A stretch of 64,000 nt of DNA from the NCBI RefSeq assembly GCF_001194135.2, contig NC_068986.1, positions 4,234,578-4,298,577 on the forward strand, in the 5' to 3' direction. The stretch is from Octopus bimaculoides (Eukaryota). Below, piece after piece: positions 49,541-61,239 of the stretch. Position numbers and translations under genes: made by a program. The notes under the pieces were generated by a model. The model was not told the DNA's origin and searched no databases. It was given only the letters and a program-made list of their open reading frames with translations. Position 1 is the stretch's first letter, and every line of letters starts with the position of its first letter.

Positions 49541-51300
49541 TCTAATCAATAGCTTGTATTGTAGAGACTTATGAGAGGCTTTTATATAACTTTCAGTTTC
49601 AACTCAGCAATAAATGCAGTTGTCAACTGGAGTCAGCTCAGCTGTTCACTTCTACCCAATTAATTATAAACATTTCCAGGAACAATTTGATCAATCAAGA
49701 AATATTGTATTAAGTCATTTTACCATTTACCAGTGTATGAAAGCCAACATTGAAAGAATTCCACATTGAAGACTATACTGATTAAGTATGCATTTCTAAT
49801 TTATATATATAGTATACTGCAGAATAAAACTCAACTTATTTTAACTTTTGAAATTAATGTTGTGATAATTATGGGATATGAAAGGCAAAGCTGATTATGG
49901 AGAGATTTGAATTCAGGATTTAGTTTGGTGTCCAACTATTTTGTCAACTGTTCACCATAAACATTGATTTTCCAATCTTCTTCTCTTCAGTGGTGTCTAA
50001 TTCTTTTGCTTTTCACTCTTCAGTGACAACTTCTCAAGGGTATCCAGGGCCGGATTAAAACCCATACTGGTCCAAAGTACAAAAGATTTTGTTGTGCCAC
50101 ATAAATTTAATGCAAAATATAAACAATAATAAAACAAAGTATAAATTTGTTTTTCAATATGAAACAAAACTAACAGAACTAATAGAAAATAATGTTTATT
50201 TTTGTATATTTCCACTTCATTTTTATTTGAAAAGTTTCCTCCTCCATTTTTTAATTGCAAAGTCTCTGATCAGATCCTCACTGAAAACCATAAATATTTG
50301 CAATTATCTTATCAATCATATCAGCCACTTCAAATATCATTTTTGCTTATTTAAGGTGATTTCTTTTGTGCTGTATGCCATTTACCATTTCTGTAGTGTC
50401 CCTTTTCCCTTGATGCCCTGTGCATGTGCTTATTTTGCTCAGTGATTAATCCAGTACTGAAGGAATCCTCTATGTAGTTATCTGGGTCTATATAGTCTTG
50501 CATATGATATGTAATTATGTATGGTCTACATTTTATCTCCTGTTACATGTTTGATGTCTTATATGTGATTATGTAGGGTTAGTATTGTGTCTCTTGTAAA
50601 GTGTATGATGTCTTGTACATAGTATGTAACGCCTATATACGGAAGGGACATAGCATTATGGTTAGGGTGTTTGACTCGTTATAATAATGACATGACCTCA
50701 GTAACTGAAACTAGTGTATGAATAAAAGAAACAAGAAGCTTTCTAATCAGGTTAAGCAAATTCTTGTTGCAGTTTGTAGTATCCAACTGGCAGACTCTCT
50801 CAGTCCTTTAATGCTTCAGCCTTAGAATTACATTGGACATCACTCATGTTATTCAGTGCAACATGAACTTGAAAGAAAAATATTAAAGAATATGAAATAT
50901 AAACAAAATTATATTACTAATTTCTGAAAGAAAACAAAGAAAGAAGTCTGGTTTCAAATTGGCAGCTACATTATTGATAATTTCAGACAGGAACTAAATA
51001 GTTATTTTAAAAATTTAATGTGTAAAATACTGAAAAAAACAAAGAAAATTAATTTTGACCATTATACCATTTAATAGTATTTAATTAAAAACTCTGAGTA
51101 TTAAATTAATGTGATCAATAGGAATCTGTACTTTTTTCTATTTTCAGTGATCGCACTGTGCTTTTGTGCATTTTTTATAGAATACTAAATTCTAATAAGA
51201 TCTGCTGCAAAATTAAACAATATTCAAAAAGAGTTAAATTGAAATTAGGAAGTTGATAACGGAGGAGTTAACCATAAAATATTTGAAATACATTTGGAAG

Positions 51301-51335
<35 letters not shown>

Positions 51336-51699
51336 AATTGCTGCGAGTATGTGGTGAGTAAAAATATTTAATATTTATTGCTAATTTCTTCTGTAGAATC
51401 TAATATATCCCTGTAGTTATTGAAGGAGTCGTTAAATAACCTCATATGGTTAAGCTTGAAAATATCTGAAAGGGCCGAAATTAAAAAAAATTTTTAATGT
51501 TTTCATTTTGAACTGACAAAAACTAAAATATATTTTAAATCTAATTTATCCTCTCTCTCTCTCTCTCTCCCACTCTCTCTCTCTCTCCCACTCTTTCTCT
51601 CTCTCTCTCCCACTCTTTCTCTCTCTCTCTCTTTGTGAATATGCATATCTCTCTTTGTTTCTGTGTCTATTTACCTACCTACCTATCTGTTTATGTGCA

Positions 51700-52050
51700 G
51701 ATGTGGTTGTGTGGTTAAGGCATATCCTTCCCTACCACACAGTTCTGGGTTCAGTCTCCGTGCACAGTACCATGGAGCTAATGTCTTCTGCTATATAGCT
51801 GACCAAAGACTTTGTGAGTGGATTTGGTAGACAAACACTGAAAGAAGCTCTTTGTGTATGTGTGTGTGTCTTTACCACCACTTGACAACTAGTATTCTGA
51901 TATTGGTTTTTTTTATGTCCCCATAACTTAGCAGTTCAGCAAAAGCGATCAATAGAATAATTACCAGACTTTAAAAAAATAAGTATTAGTCAATTTGTTC
52001 AGCTAAAACCCTTCGAGGTGGTCCTCAGCCTGATTGTTGTCCAATTACTG
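51700..52050 (+). mobile_element. S1a SINE
   Basis: TGTGGTTGTGTGGTTAAG, CTGGGTTCAGTC, GTGAGTGGATTTGGTAGAC, (TG)n, CCCATAACTTAGCAGTTCAGCAAAA. Confidence 0.8.
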
Positions 52051-52157
52051 AAGCAAGTAAGAAAACATGGTTAAATGCCTTGACAATTTGATTTTCTGCT
52101 GCAATTAATTAAGAGTGAAATTAAGCTACGTTGATCAAAAATAGTTTTATTAATAAA

Positions 52158-53095
52158 CTAGCTGACCACGTGCCATCAATAATGACAGCTAATTGTAGTA
52201 TTTTATATATAAATAAGATGCAAAATAAGGTACATAATAATCACACATACACACATTCATATACTTCCCTTGTGCATGCACACACATACTTAGTTGGAGT
52301 TATGGACTCTTTGTCAACAGGAAGTTTATGTCCATTCCTAGAGAAATAACTTCCTGTTGACAAAGAGTCCATAAATCCAACTAAAGAGATTTGTCTCCCC
52401 TTACACACACTTCCTGTTTTGACACCACACTACCTGCTTAACACAAACTTTTAGCTCCTTTTCTCTTTTTTTAAACCTAACACAATTCTCAATTTTCATG
52501 CATCCTTATTTTTCCAACTATTATCTACATGGATTACCATTGAACTTTAAAAGCTCAAAGACAATATAATGTATTGGTATATTTATTTTTTTATATATTA
52601 TTTTTTTTTATATATTATTTTTTACTTTTATGTAAAAAACATTTTCATTCTCCCTCTTCTTGAAAATTTGCCAGTTAGAAATCTATATTAAAATATGCTT
52701 TCAGTTTAGCATTCTGCCTTATTATTATTTTTCATTTTCCTATTATTTCTACACGTGCGGTTAACACAACCCCACTATGCATCAATCCAATAGAAACTGC
52801 TTGGTAGATCCCATTTCTTGTTTGGTTATTTGGAACAATAATAATTAATTTCTAGGCACTCCCACCTCTGGAAATTGCTACGAATAATTGTCCATGAGAG
52901 AAGCATTGGATTGAGAGATCCGAAGAATTTGCTTTAAAAATCTTGTGCCTTATTTATAGTCATAGCAAAACACTGCTTGCATGGAAATTGGAGACACCTA
53001 AACTTGAAGGGCAGCTCTGTGTCTGATGGTACCTGTAAAATTCATAGGAACTGCAGGAAATAATAGCTTCAATGACATTAGCATGGAACCACATT
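52158..53095 (-). mobile_element. Helitron relic: PIF1-type helicase C-terminus plus canonical 3' terminus
   Basis: Minus strand: NVIEAIIS, VPSDTELPFKFRCLQFPCKQCFAMTINKAQ (53032-52934), CFSHGQLFVAISR, RNGIY, matching RepHel motifs NVIEAxI, FPxRLAFAMTINKSQG, FSHGQLYVAxSR. End: hairpin at 52172-52189, 10 nt from CTAG(52158-61)|T. Confidence 0.8.
52290..52384. repeat. Near-perfect 37-bp inverted repeat with 21-nt loop
   Basis: 52290-52326 TTAGTTGGAGTTATGGACTCTTTGTCAACAGGAAGTT vs 52348-52384 AACTTCCTGTTGACAAAGAGTCCATAAATCCAACTAA: 36/37 complementary. Confidence 0.95.
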
Positions 53096-53154
53096 GCATA
53101 GATATAAATATATATATACACACTCATGTAAAGATATATGTATGTGTTTGTATC

Positions 53155-53185
<31 letters not shown>

Positions 53186-53549
53186 NNNNNNNNNNNNNNN
53201 NNNNNNNNNNNNNNNNNNNNNNNNNNNNNNNNNNNNNNNNNNNNNNNNNNNNNNNNNNNNNNNNNNNNNNNNNNNNNNNNNNNNNNNNNNNNNNNNNNNN
53301 NNNNNNNNNNNNNNNNNNNNNNNNNNNNNNNNNNNNNNNNNNNNNNNNNNNNNNNNNNNNNNNNNNNNNNNNNNNNNNNNNNNNNNNNNNNNNNNNNNNN
53401 NNNNNNNNNNNNNNNNNNNNNNNNNNNNNNNNNNNNNNNNNNNNNNNNNNNNNNNNNNNNNNNNNNNNNNNNNNNNNNNNNNNNNNNNNNNNNNNNNNNN
53501 NNNNNNNNNNNNNNNNNNNNNNNNNNNNNNNNNNNNNNNNNNNNNNNNN
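53186..53549. other. Assembly gap (364 N) within (TA)n
   Basis: N-run. Confidence 1.
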
Positions 53550-53598
<49 letters not shown>

Positions 53599-53869
53599 TA
53601 GCTGGATTACCTGGCATTGCCTGAGTTAATGACTCACAGAATTAACAGTAACATCACAAAGCTCTTTATTTAACTTTCAGTAAATCTTTTTGAAGAAAAA
53701 ACAACAAAATTTTGAACTAAGACCACTTTGTAGACTTTTTTATTTCTCTTCTTTTAAGAATATATTTTTGTTTGATATCCAAATTCTAAACATATGCAAG
53801 TTCAATTCTGTAAAAATTTGTACACAAATTCAAATGTTTTGAATTCCTTTTCAATTTCTACTTAAACTG

Positions 53870-54045
53870 ATATTTACCCTAACCCAAAATTATAATCCCA
53901 AGCACTAACCTGAAACCCTAATGTTAAATGCTAACCCTCAGCTCTTACCTCAAAGCTTAATTCAAGATCCTAATCCTTATTTTATCCCTAAAATCTAAAT
54001 TACAATACTAACCCTAATATTAAATCCTAAACCCAACCCCCAACT
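53870..54045 (+). repeat. Degenerate CCCTAA-like (telomere-type) repeat tract
   Basis: Recurrent ACCCTAA, CCTAAT, TAACCCT, CCCTAAA, AACCC units. Confidence 0.5.
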
Positions 54046-54944
54046 CTGTGGAATCACAATCTCCTACGTTTGAAGCAGATACGTCTAGGAAAAAATCTGG
54101 AACATTAAAATGGTTACCATACATAGCTTTAAAATTAAGCAGGATGAAAAAGTGATAAGCTTTTTCAATTTTAAAAACTTTTTATTAGCAGAATTGGAAT
54201 GTCTGGTTACAACACCAAAAGGGATAAGATACTAAGCGATAACAATTTCCCCTTTATAAATTTGTCTTTCTAACTTTGCAATAGACAAATTAGTGATGAT
54301 AACTTTGGAAATAATAAAAAAGAAATTAATAAGGTATTCCACTTCAATGTTGGCTTGAAATGTTGTCTTTATGAAAAGAAAAGTGATAATTTCTTTATCA
54401 TCTGCTCATAAATGGAAAAAAAGGAATACTTTGGTTATTTCAGGATAATTTCGGTTTAAACATTGCCAAATACCTGTCTATAGATTTGTGAGTGTGTGTG
54501 TGTGTTAGAACGAGAGAGACAGAAAGAAAGAGAGAGCAAGAGACAAACAAAGAGAGAGTGAGAGAAAGAGAAAGACAGATTGAAAGTGCATGCTGTTGTA
54601 TCCTTGAATGACTGTTGTGTTAATGTTACCATCCTACTGCCACTCCATATTTGTCACTTACACAACTCTGTTCTCCCCTTCCCTGATATCAGCCACACTC
54701 ACTATGCCACCACATTTCCCTCTCACTAACACTCTTGCATCCTTTTCATTTTATCATATTGTAGCCCAGCCTCACCTAGGGGGTCCATTATACATTTTTA
54801 TTGAAATCCACTTTGCCTATAATTGAACTGGATATTAGTTTAACATGTATGCAAAGTTTCGTCAAGATTAGTTCACTGGTGTAGGCAGCAAGGCAGCAAG
54901 ATGGTAACAGACAGAGATTGCCGTTCATTCATAAGATGCGTGTG

Positions 54945-54951
54945 TGCGTGC

Positions 54952-54995
<44 letters not shown>
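54945..54995. repeat. (TG)n microsatellite
   Basis: Direct reading. Confidence 0.97.
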
Positions 54996-54998
<3 letters not shown>

Positions 54999-55126
54999 AA
55001 ATTCATTGTGGGGCTAATAATGCACTTGGGATCTTAATGAATTTTTCTTTTCTAATAATTTCAGTCATAACAATTTCAACAATATTGACTTTCTGTGATA
55101 AATAATAAAAAAAAAAAAAAAAAAAA

Positions 55127-55965
55127 GATGGAAGTTGAAAGGAAAGAGAACATACAAGAAAAAGTTTCTTGGCAATAAAACATGTTCAAGAATCAAATGT
55201 TCAATAGGTTTCATTGCAAAATTACTTCATGAAAATTCAAGTGTCCAATAAGTTTCACAGCAATAAGAAATGATGTAAATGCAAATGTCTGCTAAGTTAC
55301 ATTGCAGTAATAGATTATGGAAATTTGAAAGTTCAGTAAATTTCATAGCAATAAATTACACTAGCAATTAAACATGGCTCGACATTTGACAGACGAATGA
55401 CGCTCAGAGACAATCAACCAACCAGATTGCTGGATAACTGTCAGACAACAAGTAACCGAAAACAGATGAGCAGATGATGTCCCAAGGCAGTCAACAACCA
55501 GTAACCAGCATACTGGGGCCACAGGTGGACAAAAACAAGTAATATCACTGAGTATAGCCAATCTGGATTTTAACCTATGTCTTAAAACCTACATGCATAA
55601 GGCAATATCAGCTTGAAAAGTAGTTCAAGTTCCACATTTGAATGAATAAAGGAAATAGTGAACAATTCTATCATACACAGCATGACAGAGCTTGTAAAAG
55701 TACATTTTTCCTCTGCTTTAAAGTCTTCGTTATGTCTAATTGCTAACATAATTTATTGCCTGAAACTTACTGAACTTTCAAATTCCTGTCATGTACTGTT
55801 GCTATGAAATTCGTCAAACATTTGCACTTTCACCATTTCTTATTGCTGTGAAATTTACTGAACATCATGTAATTTTGCTACAAAAGCCATTGAACATTTG
55901 ATCTTTGTGTACATTTTATTACTATGAAGCTTTTTCTTGTGCATTCTCTTTCAAATTTTCATTTC
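55127..55965. mobile_element. Non-autonomous foldback-type DNA element with ~240-bp imperfect TIRs
   Basis: 55127-55375 aligns to the reverse complement of 55732-55965 (e.g. TTTCACAGCAATAAGAAAT, AATTTGAAAGTTCAGTAA, CAAGAAAAAG, ATCAAATGTTCAAT). TIRs contain TTTCA..GCAATAA sub-repeats; ~355-bp non-coding core. Confidence 0.75.
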
Positions 55966-55994
55966 ATTTTATTTTCTTATTTATAACTTGAAAA

Positions 55995-56190
55995 TCCAAA
56001 CCCTGATGAACACCTATCTGTACACTAAATTCATCATTATACTCAAGGTTAACTCTCACCTTAGTGATAGAACCTCTGTGAATGACTTGTACAGCTTTCA
56101 CAAGCCACTCATTTACCCCTAGCTTCCTCACAGCCCACCATATCACACAGTGGGGGTACTCTGTCAGAGGCTTTCTCCAAGTCAACAAAC
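55995..56190 (-). mobile_element. RTE family 1 RT-domain fragment
   Basis: VDLEKASDRVP (frameshift) VIWWAVRKLGVNEWLVKAVQVIHRGSITKVRVNLEYNDEFSVQIGVHQG. Confidence 0.85.
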
Positions 56191-56597
56191 ATCAAGTCAG
56201 TGGTTTATTCTTAGTGGTTTATTCTGCAGTTGTCTGACTACAAAGATAACATCAGCTAATCTGATTCTGTATATTTATGTGTATAACCATCATTGGAATA
56301 CATCTGAATGATTTATGGACTGAGTTAAATTAAATACATACATACATATACATATATATTTTACATGAATAATATATAGTCTGTTGACTAATTTTTTTCT
56401 CGCTACACCACTGGTAGCAAATTAAATTTCTTAATTTTTTTTGCTACCCTAAGACTTATTAATTAATTATATATATATATATATATATATATGCATGCAC
56501 ATTTTCATATACATATTTATACATAGCAGGCTTTGACCATTTTTATAAGCAGCTCAGATTCACATCTGGGTTCATTTATGTTTATAACACCTGAGGC

Positions 56598-56635
<38 letters not shown>

Positions 56636-57480
56636 TGTCTGTGTTGTATGCAGTATGTATGTGTGTATATAGTGTTTACATATTTATGTGTATCAGCATA
56701 AAAACATACAGATAAATATATTACATAGCCATACGTCTGTTGCATGTCATTACATGAATATAAACATACATATATATTTAAATACACATATATTAATATC
56801 ATAAATATTTAGTGGTGGTGGTGGTGTGTGTGTGTGTGTGTGTGTAGATAGATGAATCCTTAAAAATATACTAACCTTCATAATAATGTTTGTCTTCTTG
56901 CAAAATTTCTGCTTCTCATAGGAATTTGTCTTCATCTAAAAATTGTTTTTAACCCCTTAAAAAGTTTGTCTTCTGTTAATTCTTTTTTGAGCCCCTCACC
57001 AGAAAGAAGAAAATTTCTTTCTACTAAAAATCTATGCCTTTCCTAAAAGTTCTATGTTCCCTTAAAACTTTTCTGTGTCCTTTGTAAAATAGAACATTTA
57101 CACAGTGAAAATAAAGTATTGAAGTATCAGAAAAATATTAAGTAGCATATCAAACAAGGGATGGTGGACAATTTTCCTGGTCCCAATGGATGGAAAGGGT
57201 GCTTGATTTTTCTTTTCCAGTTTGGTCTGAATCTGGCCTTAGTTTTTCTGTAGGATATAATTTTATGAGTGAACAGATACACATGCATGATTACAGACAT
57301 ACACACAACTGATTTATACATACATACATACATACATAAAGATAATTTAGTTAAACCAAATTTAATGTTGGTTAACATAAGATTTTATATTGAATATGAA
57401 TTTACAATTTAAACAGAGCAATATATATATGTGTGTGTGTGTGTGTATGTGTGTGTGTATGTGTGTGTGTGTGTGTGTGT

Positions 57481-57730
57481 GTGGAGGCATGTGGCTTAGT
57501 GGTTAGGGTGTCAGCATCATGATTGTAAGATTGTGGTTTCGATTCCTGGACCGGGCAACGCGTTGTGTTCTTGAGCAAAACACTTCATTTCACGTTACTC
57601 CAGTCCACTCAGCTGGCAAAAATAAGTAACACTGTGATGGACTGGCGTCCCGTCCAGCTGGGGAACACATACGCCATTGAAACCGGGAAACTGGGCCCAT
57701 GATCCTGGCTAGGCTTTAAAAGGGTGCATT
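57481..57730 (+). mobile_element. tRNA-derived SINE S4; degenerate relatives at ~44485-44620 (+) and ~45420-45540 (-)
   Basis: A-box TGGCTTAGTGGTT, B-box GGTTTCGATTCC, GTGTTCTTGAGCAAAACAC, central GATGGACTGGCGTCCCGTCCAG block. Confidence 0.85.
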
Positions 57731-57882
57731 TATTTTTATTATATAAATATATACATTCATACATACATACTTATACACACACACATACAAAAGAACATGG
57801 GCATTGACTCGATACTCTTTTATTTCATCTGTTGCATGTGTTTCAGTAGTCAACAATTCATAACATCACACTACAGATGCAA

Positions 57883-57896
57883 CCAGTAGATGGCGC
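57883..57896 (+). promoter_or_regulatory. CTCF-type core motif match
   Basis: CCAGTAGATGGCGC fits CCASYAGRKGGCRS at all 14 positions; binding unproven. Confidence 0.35.
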
Positions 57897-58036
57897 CTAT
57901 TGGATCATCATAGTAAGCCAACTCATTGTCAAACAGTTAAAGAGCAACCAAATTTAAACACCTGAGAAGCAAAGGCCAGCGTGGTGGGGACAGGGGCAAT
58001 AGGTTGGGAAACTGATTGACTGGTGTTTTTAAGGGT

Positions 58037-58210
58037 GGGGGTTAGTCACTGGGAACAGAACTGCTTAATTGTTGCACATCATTGGCATTTAATCATATGT
58101 GTGTATGTATGTACATATATACATGCATGTGTATGATTTGATACCCTTGATGTGCAACAATTAAGCCTTTCAGGTTTCAACACTCATTCTGATCCCAGTG
58201 ACTAACCCCC
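58037..58210. repeat. Bipartite inverted repeat (24-bp outer arms, 19-bp inner arms) around a microsatellite-rich spacer
   Basis: 58037-60 vs 58187-210 (1 mismatch); 58063-81 vs 58148-66 (perfect). Confidence 0.9.
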
Positions 58211-58425
58211 ATTCTTGCCTTAGGAGTTCTGCAGTCTGTAGAATCACATAATTGCAAACCAACCTTTAAACCACAGTGCTACATGTGTGATTAGCTGAAC
58301 CATTTCTTGTCTAAAATTATAGTTTATTTATTTATTCATACATGAGTCTATGGAAATGCTAAGAATTTCAAACGAGTAACTCAATTCAGTTGGCATAATT
58401 TTTAGCATGTGTATTTAGACATTAA

Positions 58426-58460
<35 letters not shown>

Positions 58461-58724
58461 CAAAACCAGAATTGCAATAGTTTAAGGATTAGCATTTATA
58501 TTATCAAACATCGTCGAAGAAGTATATATTTCTTGAAATATTTCTGACTATTTCAAAAAGCTTTGCAGGTATTTAAAATGCTAGAAATGTTTTCCACTGC
58601 AAGTGATGATATGACATAGATTTCACTTTATCATGTTATAACTAGTGTTGGAAGTATTCTCCAATGAAACAAAATATTTTTATACACTTAACACTTTACT
58701 AATAGAATTCTTTCTCGGTGATTT

Positions 58725-59035
58725 GAGGCTTGGGACAGTGGTGAGAAAGGTTCTACAGACATTGGGACTCACAAAAGGGATGACAGGAAACGAGATCCCT
58801 GGCAGTTCATTGCGCTTGAGAAAACACATCAAGCTAAATAAAAGCATACTTGTCCTTGCACACAGGCATGTCACCTGCATTTCTTTCCAGCTGAGCATTC
58901 CTAACCTTGCAGGCTCATGGGTGCTGGTGCCTCAGAAAAAGCATAAGTACTGGTGCCACATAAATGCACCCATGCCAGTGCTGTGTAAAAGGGCCCAGTC
59001 CACTCTGTAAAGTGGTTGTCAGTTTGGAAATGATG
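58725..59035 (+). mobile_element. RTE family 1 3' end, degenerate
   Basis: WDxVVRKVLQTLGLTKGMT...WQFIALEKT followed by the GGTGCCACATAAATGCACC UTR repeats. Confidence 0.7.
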
Positions 59036-59109
59036 ATGAATGCTAACTAAAAGAAATTTAGAATAAAGGTTTTATGTTGCCTGGAGCACAGCAGAATTTG
59101 AGGGTTTAA

Positions 59110-59328
59110 CTCTTTAGCATTTAAACTGGCTATATTTGGCCTCAAAATTGTACTTGTTTTATGTTCAAAGTGGCTAGATCCAGCCTCTCTCTTCTACTAT
59201 ACAATATTCATTCTGAAAATAAATAGTCACATCATCAAAATCATGAGGTTATCAGATAATGCATGATTAATTCATGACAGTAAATAAATAAGCATTACAT
59301 ACAACAGAGTAATCTGAATGTTAAAGTG
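59110..59328 (-). mobile_element. piggyBac-type MITE with TTAA TSD
   Basis: TTAA(59106-09)|CTCTTTAGCATT...AATGTTAAAGTG|TTAA(59329-32); homologous to 5733-5943. Confidence 0.85.
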
Positions 59329-59337
59329 TTAAATCTT

Positions 59338-59613
59338 AGTGCCCCTGGACTGGCTCTTGTGCGGGTGGCACATAAAATACACCATTTGAGCGTGGCCATT
59401 GCCAGTACCGCCTGACTGGCCTCGTGCGGGTGGCACGTAAAAGCACCCACTACACTCTCAGAGTGGTTGGCATTAGGAAGGGCATCCATCTGTAGAAACT
59501 CTGCCAAATCAGATTGGAGCCTGGTCTAGCCATCCGGTTTCACCAGTCCTCAGTCAAATCGTCCAACCCATGCTAGCATGGAAAGCGGACGTTAAACGAT
59601 GAGGATGATGATG
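59338..59613 (+). mobile_element. Young 5'-truncated RTE 3' UTR with (GAT)n tail
   Basis: Near-identical to 9105-9363. Confidence 0.9.
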
Positions 59614-59629
59614 ATATCCAGCTGCTACT

Positions 59630-59895
59630 ATAACACCAAGCTGAACAAAGCTTTGTGAGTGGCTTTAGCTATCAAAAGCTGAAAGTGTGTGTGTGTGTGT
59701 GTGTGTGGGTGAGTGATAACTGGTGCTGGTTTGTTTGTGTTCTTCTTAACTTAACAGTTTGACAAAAAAGACCGATAGAATAAGTATCAGACTTTAAAAA
59801 AATAAGTTCTGGGTTCAATTTGTTCAACTAAAAAAAAAACTCTTCAAGGCAGTGTTCCAGTATGGTCACAGTCCAGTTACTGAAACAAGTAAAGG
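59630..59895 (+). mobile_element. 5'-truncated S1a SINE
   Basis: CAAAGCTTTGTGAGTGG, (TG)n, GACCGATAGAATAAGTA, ACTGAAACAAGTAAA. Confidence 0.75.
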
Positions 59896-60152
59896 ATGAA
59901 GTATGAGAAATCTTCATTGAATATTTTACCTTTTTATTTATTTATATGTTTCTTATTAATTCCTTGCACTTCAATAGAAGTAGCATAAGAATATCTTTTT
60001 TGTTGATGTTTTTAAGGATACGCTTACATCTTGAATGTAATATAGAAATTTTTTTTTTTTTCATTTTTACTACTTTTACTACTGGTACTTCAACAACAGT
60101 GGGGTTCAATATTCTTTTCGTGACCATTTCCTGGCAAGGCCTTTCTAAAAAT

Positions 60153-60187
<35 letters not shown>

Positions 60188-60679
60188 ACACCAAGAAACA
60201 AAATATTGAACCATCCATTCATTGTAAAATTTTTCTTGATAATACAAGAGAAATATATATGGAAGGGGGGAAAATATTCATTGCAGGTGACTCAGTTTCA
60301 AAATTAATTTTCATGAGTTGTGAACAATCAGCTTTCTATATCAATAACAATGTACATTGATATTGGTCTTGTGCATCCATTCATTAAACTGATTACATTA
60401 GTATCAAAGCTATTCTTAAGTCTTTTCAACAGTTTCCATAAACCTGTTTTTGGTCAGTTCAGGGTCACTTTCTTCTGCTTTATTTCACAGTTTTTTGCCA
60501 TTTTCACATTCTAGTTCTTTTCATTTTAATCTTGATTTTCAACCTCTTCCCCCATTTCACTGTTTGAAAATGAGTTTTGAATTGAAAGTAGCAATGTTAA
60601 CTGCATCAGTCTCACTGATCTCAGCTTGCAGTGGCAATAGGTGCTGCTCTTTCCTACAGTCATATACATATAGCTATAA

Positions 60680-60726
<47 letters not shown>

Positions 60727-60809
60727 CAGATATAAGGCAGGGAATCGTCAATTAGTAATAAAATTAATAATTAACAATTTAGCCAAGTAGTTCAGTATGA
60801 AAAAACCTT

Positions 60810-61076
60810 NNNNNNNNNNNNNNNNNNNNNNNNNNNNNNNNNNNNNNNNNNNNNNNNNNNNNNNNNNNNNNNNNNNNNNNNNNNNNNNNNNNNNNNNNNN
60901 NNNNNNNNNNNNNNNNNNNNNNNNNNNNNNNNNNNNNNNNNNNNNNNNNNNNNNNNNNNNNNNNNNNNNNNNNNNNNNNNNNNNNNNNNNNNNNNNNNNN
61001 NNNNNNNNNNNNNNNNNNNNNNNNNNNNNNNNNNNNNNNNNNNNNNNNNNNNNNNNNNNNNNNNNNNNNNNNNNNN
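60810..61076. other. Assembly gap (267 N)
   Basis: N-run. Confidence 1.
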
Positions 61077-61208
61077 ATATATATATTTGTTCATAGAAAA
61101 GCATGTAATCGTTACCAATATAGCAAGAGATTTCACTGCAAAAGGTCTAAAGTAGACTCCTTAAGGATCGTTCTCCTTGGTTATATATCCAAAGTTTTAA
61201 AACTTTGG

Positions 61209-61239
<31 letters not shown>

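Noticed and set aside
50045-50060. CAGGGCCGGATT as a hAT-type TIR
   Set aside because: No correctly oriented partner TIR was found; the similar TTTAATCCGG at ~48341 faces the wrong way.
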